DNA of 64,000 nt from contig JAAILG010000024.1 in the NCBI GenBank assembly GCA_012026655.1, positions 62,001 through 126,000 of the forward strand, read 5' to 3'. The notes under the pieces were generated by a model. The model was not told the origin of the DNA. It did not search any database and saw only the letters and a program-made list of their open reading frames with translations. Within the stretch, counting starts at the first letter, position 1, and each line of letters starts with the position of its first letter. Positions 39,001-52,420 of this stretch are shown here, one piece after another. Source of the DNA: Hydrolagus affinis (lineage: Eukaryota). The position numbers and the translations under genes were made by a program.

Positions 39001-40043
39001 TCATTCATTCAAATCTCAGCACTAGTTCCTCCCTGACGTAAAACCAAATAAGCAGCACTTCATGGCATCTCGCAAACTTGTTGATAGGTCCAAAAGAATG
39101 ACTTTGTAGCATTGAAGCTGCAAAAACTTGTTATAAATCAGTACTCACATCATGTCCCTTGTGTTTGCAAAAAACCTTCTAAATCAGTCTGACAGGATTT
39201 TCACTGTTCTATGCACTGGAGAAATAGAACAGACTTTATTTTAAATGAAACGAATGGATTAAAACGTTGCCTTTTTTTAAAAAAAACACGCACATTCTCT
39301 GAAACGTAGGTTAGAGGATACAAGGATTTGAAAATGTGGTGTAGGATCTTGAATTTAATCTACTGTGGGATGTCGGGGGGATGTCTGAAAGTGCTTCATG
39401 GGATTTACTGCAGAGTGCAGTCGACAAATGCCTGCAAAATACCAGTTAGTGAGAAACAGCCTTGTAGAGTAATTTGTTGACCTCTGGAAGGATGAGATCA
39501 AATCTTTTGATGTAAACAAAATGTCAGCTTTCACCCTTAAGCTCACTTCAAACCCAAGGCCCAGATTTGAAAAGATCATGTTCAGAGCACCATCAGCTAA
39601 GCCTTTGAAGACAGAACACATTGGAGACACTTTACCAGACATCTCAACGATGTGATAAGGCGCTATAACAATATTTTTAAATGATATTGTGTTTGGCATA
39701 CAGTATTTTACTGTTTTACAGATACTGTTTGAAATATGGGATTATAAAACACTTAGAAAACTTGCTCTCATAAGAATTTGATTTCCCAATTTTACTATAG
39801 CTTTGGCATCTACGTTATCTCACCCTATCTCATATATATTCCTTTCCTTTTTAAACTTTTTTTTATCATTTGCTGCACTGATTCTCCTTCTTAATTCATC
39901 ATCATCTGATATTTATTGTTCATATTAGCTACAACAGTAAACAACTTTAATGTTGTTATTTTATTCACTTTTTTTTTACTTATATTGTTCCCTTAATTTT
40001 CTTTTCCTTCATGCAACATTTGTCTGTGTTTTTCTCCCTGCAG

Positions 40044-40260
40044 TCGTGCTGAGCAGAATCCTGATAAAGAATAAGGGTTCCCGTGTTGAGTAACTTTTCA
40101 ATCGATATAATTTTGCACAATCCACCGTTTATTCTCCTTGAGTGCTCTTGAAATCAATTGCTAAACCGAAAACTCAGCACATGCAACAGCTTTGATTGCT
40201 GATCAAAATGACTCCCAAACGCTGTAACTTAATACTATAATAAATAGTACACGTGTCCAA
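40044..40260 (+). other. Candidate terminal exon of an unidentified host gene
   Basis: About 100 nt AG-free pyrimidine tract ending tttctccctgcag; short coding tail (RAEQNPDKE* or VLSRILIKNKGSRVE*); AATAAA at 40239. Confidence 0.3.
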
Positions 40261-40654
40261 GAGCATCCTAATCAAAATACACTACATTACAAAACGTGTG
40301 TGTAATACTTAAAATAACATATATCTTTGATGTGGACCTGTGGAATTAATTTGATGGATGTGTTCAAAGGAACAATTATCCCAGAGTAGCATAGAAATAA
40401 CATATGACAAAGGCAAAACTGGATCTGTGTGTAAACACAGCCGGCGCTGGCGCAGAGAGAATGTCCCATTCAGGCAGCAAATTATTGCAGGGTAATATAT
40501 TTACAATGTTTTTTTAAAAAAAACATGAAGCAATAAAACATTTCAAAAGAAGTCCCTTCAGCCCATTTGATTCATATTGAATGCCCTGTTATAATCAATC
40601 TTTTTTGCTCAGTGTTATTTTGCTATGTGTTCTGTTAAGTCCTACTGCAGATAA

Positions 40655-40800
40655 ATAATAATAATCCTTGCATTTGATATAGTTGCCACCACATGACATC
40701 TTCAAGACGTCTCAAATCGCTTCACAGAATATGCTGTAAGGTTAATTGACTATATTTTGTGGCCGAATCGTGGCAGTGAATTGTGCACAGCACACTGACT
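40655..40800 (-). mobile_element. SINE 3' half
   Basis: Family match. Confidence 0.85.
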
Positions 40801-41379
40801 TCAAGTTGATCACGAGAGGTTTGGATAAAGAAGACCCTTCAACCCATTTAATCCCATCCTTCCAGAATTCCAACCTTTACAGTACAACATTAAATGGTTT
40901 TGGTGAACCAGTACAGTATCTTAGCCTGATCCACCTGTATTAGGAACCTGTTCAAGTTATTAATTATACCTCTCTCCTGGAGCAATGTATCATCTTCCAA
41001 CACCCAACCCCCCCCGCCAGTTCTCTATCTGCCTGATCGTGCCTGCCTCTCCTCTGAGAAATTTTTAGAGCCCACTCCTTCATTGTTAGATTTGCTTAGC
41101 TAGATAATGCAGTTAATAATCACTCTAATTGTAATCGATAAATGGCAATTCAGTGCTTTAATACTGCTTAGCTAGACTTTGAAGATCTAGAGGCTGGTGA
41201 GTTATGGCTGTTCTTTTACCTGAGTGAAAAACCAATAACTCATGATCGAGTGTGGCCACGAGTGAGTTATCGCTGTCCTTTAGTATAACTGAAAGTATGT
41301 GCTGCAACCGGGAAGATATTCCGTGTGTACAACCCTGATAGAAACTTAAGTGAATCTTGAAATGAACTCTTCAAACAGA

Positions 41380-41890
41380 GCATGGCTGTGGATAGCCATT
41401 AAACATTAAATCATGTTCATGCAACTCATTGCTTTTGGTCTTTGAACATATAAAATATCGTTCTATAAAGGGTTGAGATTACTAATTATGTTTGGTGCAG
41501 TATATAATGCTTTTATCTGTCAACCGAGGGCGGAGGAGAGAAAACCCAACGGTGGAAATGTACTATCTCCTGCTATCCATCACTTGTTTTAAACTTATTG
41601 CAAAACAACCGGTTTTAATTCTATATGTTGTGTGCAAGCACCATCAACTCACATTTTTTCACAATGAATCACGGACAAAATCCATTAAAGAATTGCATTT
41701 TCATAGCATCTTATCAAACAATAATTAACACACAGATTGTTCTGCCAGTTCTCTGTTCAAATTCTGATCCGTTCTTATTTTGGTACACCAAGCTACTTCC
41801 ACGCATCAGATGCCAGCATAGTAAATGTCCCCTGGCACTTGCATGGTATTGCTTCCATACTAATGAGTATCAGCAATGTGGGTGCCAATT
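41380..41890 (+). mobile_element. Ancient non-LTR RT relic
   Basis: NRGRRRENP, LLSITCFKLIAK, KHHQLTFFHNESRTK, KLLPRI...LALAWYCFHTNEYQQ, colinear with the RT N-terminal half. Confidence 0.6.
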
Positions 41891-41899
41891 TGCTTTGAA

Positions 41900-42650
41900 A
41901 GCAGAGAGAGAGGAAAAGAGAATTTGAAGGATAAGCATCATTTTTACCTTGCGGAGAAAATAACCATGTAATAGAGCAGTGTGCCTTCATGCCCGTGAGT
42001 TGAAATGTGATAACTAACACGCTATCAAACCTGGAATACTCCTCTCTCGTAGCAGCTGTGTTAACTCCAGCCATGAAGGTCATTGCTGCCCTGAACCTTT
42101 TTGTCACTGGCTCCTTGCAGGTCCAGGAAAGGTTTCAGATACACGGCTAATGAGGGCTTCCTGGAAGAACAACAGCAGGTAGCTGCACAACAAATGATCA
42201 CAGCGACGTTTCCAAGGGAACCTGGAGTTGTCAACTGTGTATGTGTCAATCAATACCTCTACCTCCACTCTGAAAAGCTTTTTAGCCTCAATGAAGAGGA
42301 GCAACATGATTCAGTGAATACACAGGTGGTTTGTATTATGCAAAATGTGATCAAGCATATATAGGCCAATTATGTTGGTTACACACATGACTTCATCTGC
42401 TCTGTTGAAACTGCTTTGAACATGATCACAGACTGTGTGTGGACGGCCATAGAGAGAGGACATTAACACAGGCTTCCAATATATACAATGTGGTACATAC
42501 AGTCACGAGGTATGAGGACATTATGGATACCGAAGGTTGGCTTCCACTGCCTGGATCTGTTGAGATATGCCCCACAGCACCTCCAGGAAACTCTGCTTGC
42601 TGATAGCTCACAATAATAACCTGTGCAGTATGGCATTAGTGCAAAGCAAC
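41900..42650 (+). mobile_element. Decayed PIF/Harbinger (HARBI1-like DDE) transposase
   Basis: LTPAMKVIAALNLFVTGSLQ, FPREPGVVNC, HDSVNTQVVC, ANYVGYTHD, IYNVVHTVTR and KVGFHCLD match the HARBI1/DDE_Tnp_4 motif order; stops and frameshifts present. Confidence 0.75.
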
Positions 42651-42699
42651 TTCAACCATGTGAAGTGTTGAGTTGCAACATATCACTCACTGGTAGCAG

Positions 42700-43380
42700 T
42701 CACTTTAATAATGAACATTATTGAGGTACCTTTTTCAGGAAAGAACATCAACAGATCCTATGGAATATTGGACCTGCAGTTAATTAGATTAGCTGGAAAG
42801 CATTGCAGAAGAAAACCTACGTCACATTACAATTTAATAGTTTCCAAAGTGATTCAGTACGTTTATATTTCACATTCGCGAAATTTCACTGAACAGGAGC
42901 TGAAGCGAGAATAGTGAATTGCCTTAACAGTGAGACTGAAACGTATCATTGTAACTTAGCTAAACTACGATGGGAGAAAAAATCGCAGAACATAAAATAG
43001 CGTTTATTTAAAATATTACTGTGTACGCTTAGAATAAATGCCAGTTTCCCAGTGTATGAGACAGAAATAAATGACAAAGGTACAAGTACAAGTACGAGTG
43101 CAGCTTCTACGATTCACTGAACTGAAAACGACTTGTCAATGTAATCCCCATTCCAAGGATTTTCAAGAAGCTGGAATCACAGCTCTGGAGAGGCAGAGAC
43201 TGCTCACGTAGCTGGATTGAAGAATATTAAACCACTTTATAGTACATCTCATGAAGCTCCAACATTTATACTATAATTAATCTTTTTCCCCTGTGTTTGT
43301 GTACGATATGAAACAACTGAAGTTGTTGTGTCCCTTGTGGCATTCAATTTCTAAACCATTTGACTTCTTGAGCAGGAAAG
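42700..43380 (+). mobile_element. Ancient non-LTR RT relic
   Basis: KNINRSYGILDLQLIRLAGKHCRRKPTSHYNL, then DFQEA and VPCGI. Confidence 0.4.
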
Positions 43381-44499
43381 ATCAGGACCAGACCAACATT
43401 GGTTGTATGTTAGATCTCACAAAGTCCACTCTGTTCCCCCTCGTTCTGACCCTGCGATTTGTGGGAACCCAAGGTGAAGGCGAGGTCAGCACAAACCACA
43501 AGTTAGTGAAATTGATTTCCCTGCAAAGACTGGAGGAGTAAGGAATCAATCTCTCAGTGCTCTGTTTGTCAGAATGTCTCGCTGTGCCCATCTGAGACTG
43601 ATAATAGCCCAGTATCTCACTTAGATGGACAAATGCATTGAACTGTTAAGTATAAAACAGACCAAGGGGAAAACAAGGAAATACAGAACAGGGCAGGTTA
43701 CAGTAGGCTGTAAATTATAGCCAGGGGAATGGGGAATCAGTGCCAGTAAATACAGAGGGATCTATAAAAAATTTACAATTATCACTGGTGTGATTTATGT
43801 TCTGATGGAAAGACAGCGTGTAGGTGAGAGTAGTTCCATGTCCCATTCTTGTAGTGCAGAGCTACAGAGCATAAGGTGGGACAGATATGAAGTTGCAGAA
43901 GACCATATTCAATATCACATATGAGGAATACTCCACACCAACGCCTTAATCCAGCTCTTCAATACCCTGGAGGAAATGCCAGCTGCAGTATGATGAGCTA
44001 ACCAACAGCTTATGGCCTAATCATCCTCACAACACTGGGAGCAGTGAGCCTCTCTGTTTACTGGCAGCACCATTGGTGAAAGTTTTATTGGAAATGGCTG
44101 CAGCATCCCACAGGTTGAGGAAAGTAGTTGGATTCTAATTCCAAAAGAGGCAGCTAAGAGCTGTGAAGGGAGGAAGGGATGGTAGGGTAGAGAAGTTCCT
44201 CCTGACTGCCTACAAACATCCACAGTTAGGAGGAATAATTGCAATAGAAAATAATTGGTTTGGTGTTTTTACTTCTTGTTCAATTAACTCAAATAATTAC
44301 TCGTGAATTCAGTGATGTGGCAGTTCCTGCACCTGTATTTGCTGTTCTGTTTGCTTTATTGATCAGTGTACTTTACATTTATTCTGCGCCGGCTGAAAGC
44401 AATAAAGATCAGACCAGGATTGATTTCAGGTCGAAAATATAGTGCGTTTTATCAAATTAATTAGTTTCACATAAGAGTTGAGCCCATTGGTTTGATACC

Positions 44500-44800
44500 A
44501 TTTGTGTTACAAAGCAATAGTTGTCCTGATATCCATGGGAATATAAGGTAAACACTCCCCAAATGTCTTCTCAATAGGACACGTTAAATTCTGTGATTTG
44601 ACAGGAGTAATACAAAGAATGCTTTTCCCTCCTTTGTACTTTTGAGTAATAGACACACAAGATGCTGGCCTATTTAATGTTTCCTGCACTGACTGTAAAC
44701 TTTACCTGCACAATATCCTGCACCCTATTTGGCATTGAATAATTTTCCAAACTGTTGTGATCCATGTGCTTAAGTCTGCACAGGAGGCCAATTGGTAGCA
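44500..44800 (-). mobile_element. Ancient non-LTR RT relic
   Basis: FGKLFNA, then QKYKGGK...IEKTFGECL (PIYKGG...ISKIFEK). Confidence 0.5.
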
Positions 44801-46099
44801 GATCTCCTGTGTTTGCGGCTGAAAGTTAATGCTGTATCAATTTAGCCATTTTCATCACGTTGCAGAAACATGGTCTTTGTTGCAGTGTGAATGCATGTGC
44901 GAAAGAGGTTGTTTTTGTCTTAAGCTGCGGTGGAGAGTTCTGTGGCTGTCTTTGTCTCCAAAACAACCAAGAAGAAAGACATCATCACATTGAATCTCGA
45001 CTGGGGGCGATACATTTAGGAAAGTAGCAAGCATTAATCAGGAAAGGCTATTTAATCTATTTGGAGTTTATTTTCACCACCCAACACAATTTACTTTTCA
45101 CCATGAGCACACATGGCTTAAAGGGGGGGTGGGGGTGGGGAAGAGAGCACAACAAGGTTGCTGCCTCAAACAGGAGTGGTTGAAATTTGGTGGCTCCTCA
45201 TAGTATGGTTTTTTGCACCAAACGTATTTTTATGGAGCTTTGTCAATAATCACTGGAAATTCGGGAACACAAAAGGTTATCACATGTGCCACTCCTCTTT
45301 ACCAAATATATCATGAACCACAATTAAATTTTTTGTCATAGTTGCTGCCGTTGTTCAGTCAAGCGTAAGCTAAACTAATTCAGTGATTCCACAAGGAGAA
45401 ATGGGAAGGTTTCAGCGGCCGTGACAGTGACAGCCATATTTTGCTTGCTGTCTCTTTCGTCCTCCCCGCTGTTCAAACTCCCTACAGTTGTAAACAGGGT
45501 AGTTGCAACAGCAGGAGGCTGAAACCCTGAATTTGCTGAGCTGAGTTTTGAAAGTGGTTTTAAATCACAAAAGTCTTATTAATACGTCCAGACTGCTGGC
45601 GAAATTGCAAATGTCACTTCCAACCTATGATCAATTCTCTTGATAATGCACTCTGCGTTCCTGGACACACATTACCATACCTATTACCATAGGTAATGGA
45701 AGAGCTTGGCTTCCTTACTTTTCCCCAAGAACAATGAAAATTGGGATTCATTTTCCATCTCCTGCTGTGATATACAATAGACAGTAACACCGCCCATTGA
45801 GTAATGCTCCTCTACTAATAACCCTCATTACCTTTCTCTGTCGTCAATTTAACCTTTAATTAAAGTCATTGATGCAAACAATACAATTCCCACTGAAAAC
45901 TACAATGGCACATAACTTTCCAAGTGTTTTTTAAAAAAGAGTCCTGTTTCGCCTCCAAGATATTATTCTCGTTGGGCAGATTCTCCACTGACAAACAACT
46001 CAAAATCTTTCTCTCATCTAACCTCTTAAGTTTATAAGTGAGATGTGAGGAGAGAGGAACATGTGGTTAGATTCACTGTTGCTGGGGGAAGGTTGGATG

Positions 46100-46205
46100 T
46101 CAGTGACAAGAGGGACAAATTAAAATAATTCTCAAAGGTGCAAAGGGAGTTGGAGATTAGGAGAGCCGTTTTTACAACAGAGGGTTGTTGGGATGGGAAT
46201 TATGT
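46100..46205 (+). mobile_element. CR1 fragment
   Basis: gacaagagggaca...ttaggagagccgtttttacaacagagggttgtt. Confidence 0.7.
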
Positions 46206-46307
46206 TCAAAGCATGTTAGCTTTTGAGATGAAATGAGTGCAATATCTGAAAGCCAATTGAGTACGGAGCACACCAATTAAATGGAAATGGAACTAATTGC
46301 TTATTCA

Positions 46308-46520
46308 AAATAATAATAATAATCCTTGAATTTTTATAACGCTTTTCACATCTTCTAGACGTCTCAAAGTGCTTCACAGAATATACTGTAAAGTGAATTG
46401 ACTGTATAATTGTGGGCAAATATAATCAGCACAAATACAATGAGCCAAATGGCCTTGGGACTTCCTCTCGACGTGAAAGTGAAAGGCTTTATACAAATGT
46501 AATTTTGTTATTGTTGTTAT
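46308..46520. mobile_element. SINE tail (-, 46308-46420) and L2 tail (+, 46450-46520)
   Basis: Family motifs. Confidence 0.85.
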
Positions 46521-46720
46521 TCTGTGGAAGTTCTACGATTCGGAAGAACTTCTATTCTTACTGTCTCTGTATCCTGTCTGAATAGGTTTCCCATGACTTC
46601 TGAATCAATGGAGCAAAATATGTGCTCTTGTTGCAGTGATAAAGGTACAAAGCTATTTTTGACCATACTGTTATTTGTTTGGTTGCTTTTGAAGAAAAAC
46701 ACATAAGGAAATACCAATAT
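46520..46720 (-). mobile_element. Ancient non-LTR RT relic
   Basis: VFFFKSNQ...NSFVPLSL resembles VxPIFKxG...NYRPISL. Confidence 0.35.
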
Positions 46721-47177
46721 ATCAATGTGCTTTTGGCTGCTTTTGGAAAGATTAGAAACAGCATTTTTGATGGTTAAAAGTGGTTATATGTAAGTGATTA
46801 ACGTGAAGCATTCCTTTTGCAAGGGGAAGCCTTTTCAAGTAATATGTGATGCCCAGTAATTTACACAGACTGGACTTTTCCTCAGGAGGATGGTGTAACA
46901 AGTTTTCTGATCGTATTTTCACTTAACAAAGAGGCTTTAGCTATATTTCTTTGCTGCACAAACTTCGCTTGTAACTTAAAGTAAAGCATTGTGTGGCACT
47001 GCAAATGTGAATATTAAATTACTTTGAACAAATTCCTTGAGGGCACCGTTTGGATTTTGATTAATTGTTTTATTGCTTTTTGTGTTGTGGGTTGCTAAAA
47101 GTTCTGTAAATACCTCAGGGAACTCATTGCCCTTCTCACTTAGGAAGGACAATATGAGGTCTTACTCATTTCTCATC

Positions 47178-47450
47178 AGAAACTAAGAATAGGAGAAGGT
47201 CTTTCAGCCCATCAAGACTGTGCCACCAGTTTATTAGATCTTGGCAGATCACAATGTTTTGTCCTTTTGTCATTCATCTTAATACATCTAGTACCCAAAT
47301 ATCGGTTCATTACATTTTTAAACTTGCCTAATGATCCCATCTCTAATTCTTCTGGGGCAGAGCACTCCGTATCTTCATAACTCTCTGTGTGAAAAATTGC
47401 TTCTTTTTCTGCAGTTCTAACTCTTAGTTCTGATTTTAAAACTATGCCAC
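47178..47450 (-). mobile_element. CR1 LINE 3' end
   Basis: agaaactaagaataggagaagg...ttcagcccatc; translation includes GSLGKFKNVMNRYL. Confidence 0.8.
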
Positions 47451-49544
47451 ACTGATGGTGAACCAGACAAGTGTGGTTGTCAACCAGTGACTGTGTGTTT
47501 GACATGTCTGAATATACAGTAGATAGAATATCAACACCTGAAGCACGGTCCTGGCAATCTGTTACTAGGTGGCTGTAGTTCAGCAGCTTTATTATTTGTC
47601 TTTCTTTCATAACCTATAAACTAATGAAAGTCAAAGTCTAAAAGTTCGATCTTGGGAAACGGTTAAATATATTCGTTTGAATACTTCAACTAGTTTGTTC
47701 CCTGACAAATATACTCCATAGTAAATCCTGTGGAGTGCTTTGAGACATTTTGACGATTTGATGAGGCACTTTAACACAATGATGAGATGCTATATCAAAT
47801 GCAACAATTATTATTACTGTACTAGGAATTTGGGCAAGTTGAGGTGGGGGTGGGGGAGAGAGAGAGAGTAAACTCAAGCTGAGCAGTATGTTTGAATGTG
47901 ACCCTCATTTTTAAAAATGGCATTTTAAGGCAGATGCATTATACAAAGAACAAGGCTGTTTTTAGTATCTACCAGGAACACCATGTCAATTGTAAAGCTA
48001 ACCTGTAAAAAAAAACCAAGTGCTGGTCATCTTCTGTGCAGCCCGCAGGCAAGGATTATGTCCCTGTTGAGCAGGGGATCCAAGGCATAGCAGAGAATAA
48101 CAAGCATTCAATCTGTGAGATCTTGATGTTGAAAGGCATAAGCCGATACACAGCAAGCTACCTGAGCTGCAGGAGCAGTGAGCACTTGTGCAGGCTTCAG
48201 TGTTCAACACCAGAAACCAAGGACCAATTGATGTAGCTATTCCAATGAATTTTGTTTCAGTATCTAAGTGGCAGTGAACCTTTAAAGGTTATACTGTGCA
48301 CTTCAAGACATCCCATGTTCAGCTATGATACCATTAACGTGGAGCGAAAATGTGGCATTTTTTCAAAGCAGTTAATAATAATAATCCTTGCATTTGATAT
48401 AGCGCTTTTCTAGATGTCTCAAAGCACTACAAAGCACTTATACTGTAGAGAAAATTGACTGAATAGTTGTGGGCGAAATGTGGCAGCTAATTGCAGCTTA
48501 TAAAGATAGACTGACACTAAAAATCGATGATTTTAGGCCAATCACGGAAAGTTAATTGATTCAACCAAGACCTAGGGATGGGGGCAGAGATCTAGTTAGT
48601 TTCTGCCCCCATCCCCCAGGAGATAAACTCTACGAAGGCAAAATGAATGGAAAACAAATAAACCTCGAATCTGTTGTAGGACCAACATTTTACAAAGCAA
48701 AGCTAAAATCTCACTTTGCGGTCAAACAAAATAGCAGACCAGGGACCCTGAGTGGAGGAAGCCAGTTAATCAGAGAGGGGAGCCACCTGTTGGTATCCCA
48801 CAAACAAGAATTTACCCCGCCTTTATGGATGGGGTAAATTTTTACCTGATTTATCCCATTTCCACAGACACTCCACACTTCGATCATTCTGATGGATGCA
48901 AGGTCCTACTGGACTGCCCAAAAAGACAATCTTTTGCGTGTGTTCAAGAAATAATAATCCTTCCTTTTAATATAACGCCTCATCACATCATTGAAAAGTC
49001 TTCATCAGATTTTAGTGTAAAATGTAATGGTGAAAAATGTAAGGTGAAAGCAACAGACAATTTGAGTGCAGCAATGTCCCACAAACAGCCTATTGATGAA
49101 TGACCAGGAAATTAAGCTTGGTATTTTCAGTCTATGTTGCTTGAACTAGTTGATCACATGTATTGCCTGTGAGAGGAAAGCACTGAATGGAAAAGGCCAG
49201 AAAAGCCTTCAAGCAGTGATGCTCTGAAATGAAATGAAATGAAATCCATCTTGTGTAGTTTGATCACATTCAGCAAAGCAGTGAGGGACAAGACAGGAAA
49301 CTACATTGCTGGAAGTCTTAAACCGAAAATAACAGAGAGATAATCCGAATGTGTGAAAAATAGAGATGAAAGATAAAGACCTCAAACAAACTGATACATA
49401 TGGCACTGTCTGTGGCAATAGACCAGGTGAGACGGGCAGGAGTTAACTAGTTCATGCCAGTGGTAATAATCAGTTTATTCTCTTTAAAAATACATTGTAA
49501 TAAACTTTTAAAGCAAAATTGTCACATCACCTGGGTCCCAGATA

Positions 49545-49662
49545 CACCTTTGCTCTCTCTGTTCTGCCTTTCTCCATCGATGCTGCCTGACCTGCTGAGT
49601 GTTCCAGCGGCCTCTCCTTTTGTCTCTCAGATTTCCAGCATCTGTAGTATTTTGTGTTTTGC
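49545..49662 (+). mobile_element. Penelope-like element terminal fragment
   Basis: gatgctgcctgacctgctgagtgttccagc...cagatttccagcatctgtag, recalled as a common chondrichthyan PLE-associated repeat. Confidence 0.6.
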
Positions 49663-49724
49663 AAAGATTATCATTGTTATATTTGCATTACGACTTACCC
49701 AGAAATAGGAGTAATCCTACTGAA

Positions 49725-49870
49725 TTATAATAATAATAATCCTTGCATTTGATATTGGGTCTTGTTGAATTTTCAAGACATATCAAAGTGCTTCATAGAA
49801 TATACTGTAAAGTGAATTGACTTGCCCAGCAGCTTTCCTTGCTGGGAATCGAGCCCAGGTCTTTCCAGTG
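49725..49870 (-). mobile_element. SINE with an internal deletion
   Basis: Tail joined directly to the 5' region (cttgccc...gggaatcgagcccagg). Confidence 0.8.
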
Positions 49871-50921
49871 AGCTACAGAAATTGTACATAATGGCAGGAT
49901 CCAGAGATTCAATGCCAAGTTGCCATCTTCTAGCTTGGGTCACAATTCTTCTTCTCCACCAACTAGCTGCTCACAAGGTAACGTTGATAGAGACTGTAAG
50001 AATATTTACTTAGATCCATTGATCCACTTCAGTAATAAGCAGTTCATTTGGTCCTCAAGCTGTGAAAGACAGAAAACAACTTGAAAATATTTGCAGGAAC
50101 TTGTACAGAATTATCATATTTATACATCTTGACTTTATGGATCTTCTAGATGGAGCCTATCCAATGGGATTCAGTCCCTTGTGAAGTTATACTTGCTTTT
50201 GAAGACAAAGATATTACTTTGTGATGGCAGAACAGATAATACAAAGATTGTTATCCCTATGTGGCTGTTCTGAAGGCAGGATACCAGGCATAGACCCACT
50301 TGGGAACAGTTCCCTGTGAGATTCATTAGCCAACCTTGTGTGGAGCTACCAAAAATCCTTTACAGTCCTTTCAAGTCACCTTATCACTGATTTTCAGGTT
50401 CAACTCTGACGGACAGGGTCCCGTTCATGCCTGCAGTGACAGGTGCTGAGTTTCTGTTCCCTCGATGGATGATACTCTGACACTCTGGCAGTATCTGCTG
50501 GTAGCCTACTAATGAGTAGCAGCCTTGTTCCCTATGTGTAAACTGAATCCAAAATTCAACTTTCCTTAGGAGATTCAGCCAAAGAAGTCCGCAAGGCTGC
50601 AGGTCAAATTTATAGGTCATTCAGAAATAAAGGACAAGTACAATTGGCTCATTCACAATGGCACTAAGTTAAACAGAACTGCATTCTGCTCACTGCTGTT
50701 TCTTTCCAAAAACATGATCCTGCTTTGCCCAGCAGTTACAAAATCTTTTTTTTGAATTAACCATTGTAATCACACAAAACAATAAACACAACATTGATGG
50801 TACACTGTCAGAAAGCAAAGCTAACTGCATCTCTATTCTCTTGATTTGTGCCGAGTCTCGCTGATGAGGAATAATGCAAGGGATTTTATGAGACGCGACC
50901 AATCTACCTTACCAGACATGC

Positions 50922-51042
50922 AAACAACAACAAAATTACATTCGTATAGCACTTTTCACGTCAAAACAACAACTTTGAGTTATATAGCGCCCTCCACGCT
51001 GAATAGCGTCTCAGGACATCGGGAGAACATCCCAAGGCGCTG
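50922..51042 (-). mobile_element. Tandem/nested L2 3' termini
   Basis: Two successive aacaacaac...tatagc...cacg units. Confidence 0.75.
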
Positions 51043-51789
51043 AAATAATATGGTTCCTACATAATACAGAGTCTTGCCCTCCTCTAGATTAGTACAATAG
51101 TGTACCTTTGAATGTGAATTTACATTGTCTCTAGATCATCAAACCTTCACCACAAACTGTTTTTGTTTGGACACCGAGTTCAATTTAATTACACTCACAT
51201 TTTCTCATTTGACAGCTCTTGATTGACTGTATATCTCCAAACACTGATTCAGGGACTCTATCCCAAATTAAAACACTTTCAAAGGGGCTTGTGATGTTTC
51301 CACTGTGTACTTTCAATCTGGCTTTATTAAAATAAAACTGCTACAGGCATGAAAGTAATGATCTCGTTGTAATTGGTTTCTGCTTACAAACACACTGACC
51401 AGAATTAACGACAACATTTTCAATTGACTTATGCTTTAATCAATTACTCAAAATAATTATTTTTGTGTGCATCAGTGGAATATTGGAATTTTTTTCAGAC
51501 CTTCCAATGGGCTAGGGGGTTAAACTGATTTCTATGTTATGAGTTTGTATGCGGTAACGTTTCTAAACAGTTCACAAACTTATGAGCTAATTGTGAAGAT
51601 CAAACCCTAGATACTTTTTCAGTGAAGCATAACACAGGTTCAGAGAAAGAGTTTGCATCCCATCCTTAATGGTGATGATCCAATTGCAATACCAACCATG
51701 AAACATAGCAAAGACAGCTCAAAATCTTCTCAAAATTGCAAGGCAACTTTTTCTAATGCTTTTACGTAGGAGAAATTTTAAAACGTGAG

Positions 51790-52420
51790 TTGCTAACATT
51801 TTTAATATCATTGGAAAGGGGTAGTCTAGGGACATATTGTCGGAGTATCAGCATCTACAAACAACCAAGCTTTGGACAAATACAGTACAACCAAAATGGT
51901 TTGTTTAACTTTCAATCCATTGAAGAGGTGTCCTTTGTTAACTTCAGCAATGCAAAAACAGCTCAATTGTACAAATGAATGTCAGAGTGATGAGTGAAAT
52001 CTAAGTCGGATTATGACGACTCTTCTCATTGTGCATTAATGTATTTATACGTATTTATTTGCGTTTTGATTGTTATCTTATTGTCTTCACTGTCCCAGTG
52101 GTACATGCTCTTTTAACAACTAAAATTTGCATTAAAACAAGAGATTGGTGCACATCATAGTTAAGCCCCTGTTTGAATTTAAGAATCATTCATCAAAATG
52201 AAGACCGGTGAAGGCTGGGACTCCCACAACGATCAACATTCTGTCTTTACTTTTTACACCGTGTATTAATGAACTCCCTGAGGTCTCGAGCCAATTCAGA
52301 TCATTCATGTGCACAGATGATACTATTATGCTGGGGTCCAAGTCTATTTTCGAAATTACAGTTAGCTTTAGAGTTAAAGGTACTTTCAGAATGACTCTAC
52401 GCAAATGAACCAATGTAATG
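51790..52420 (+). mobile_element. Ancient non-LTR RT relic
   Basis: YCRSISI, NQNGLFNFQS, and AGTPTTINILSLLFTPCINELPEVSSQFRSFMCTDDT (GVPQGSILGPLLFxxYINDLP...MYADDT). Confidence 0.75.

Noticed and set aside
42121-42325. Plus-strand exon (cag...gt)
   Set aside because: Better explained as part of the Harbinger transposase relic
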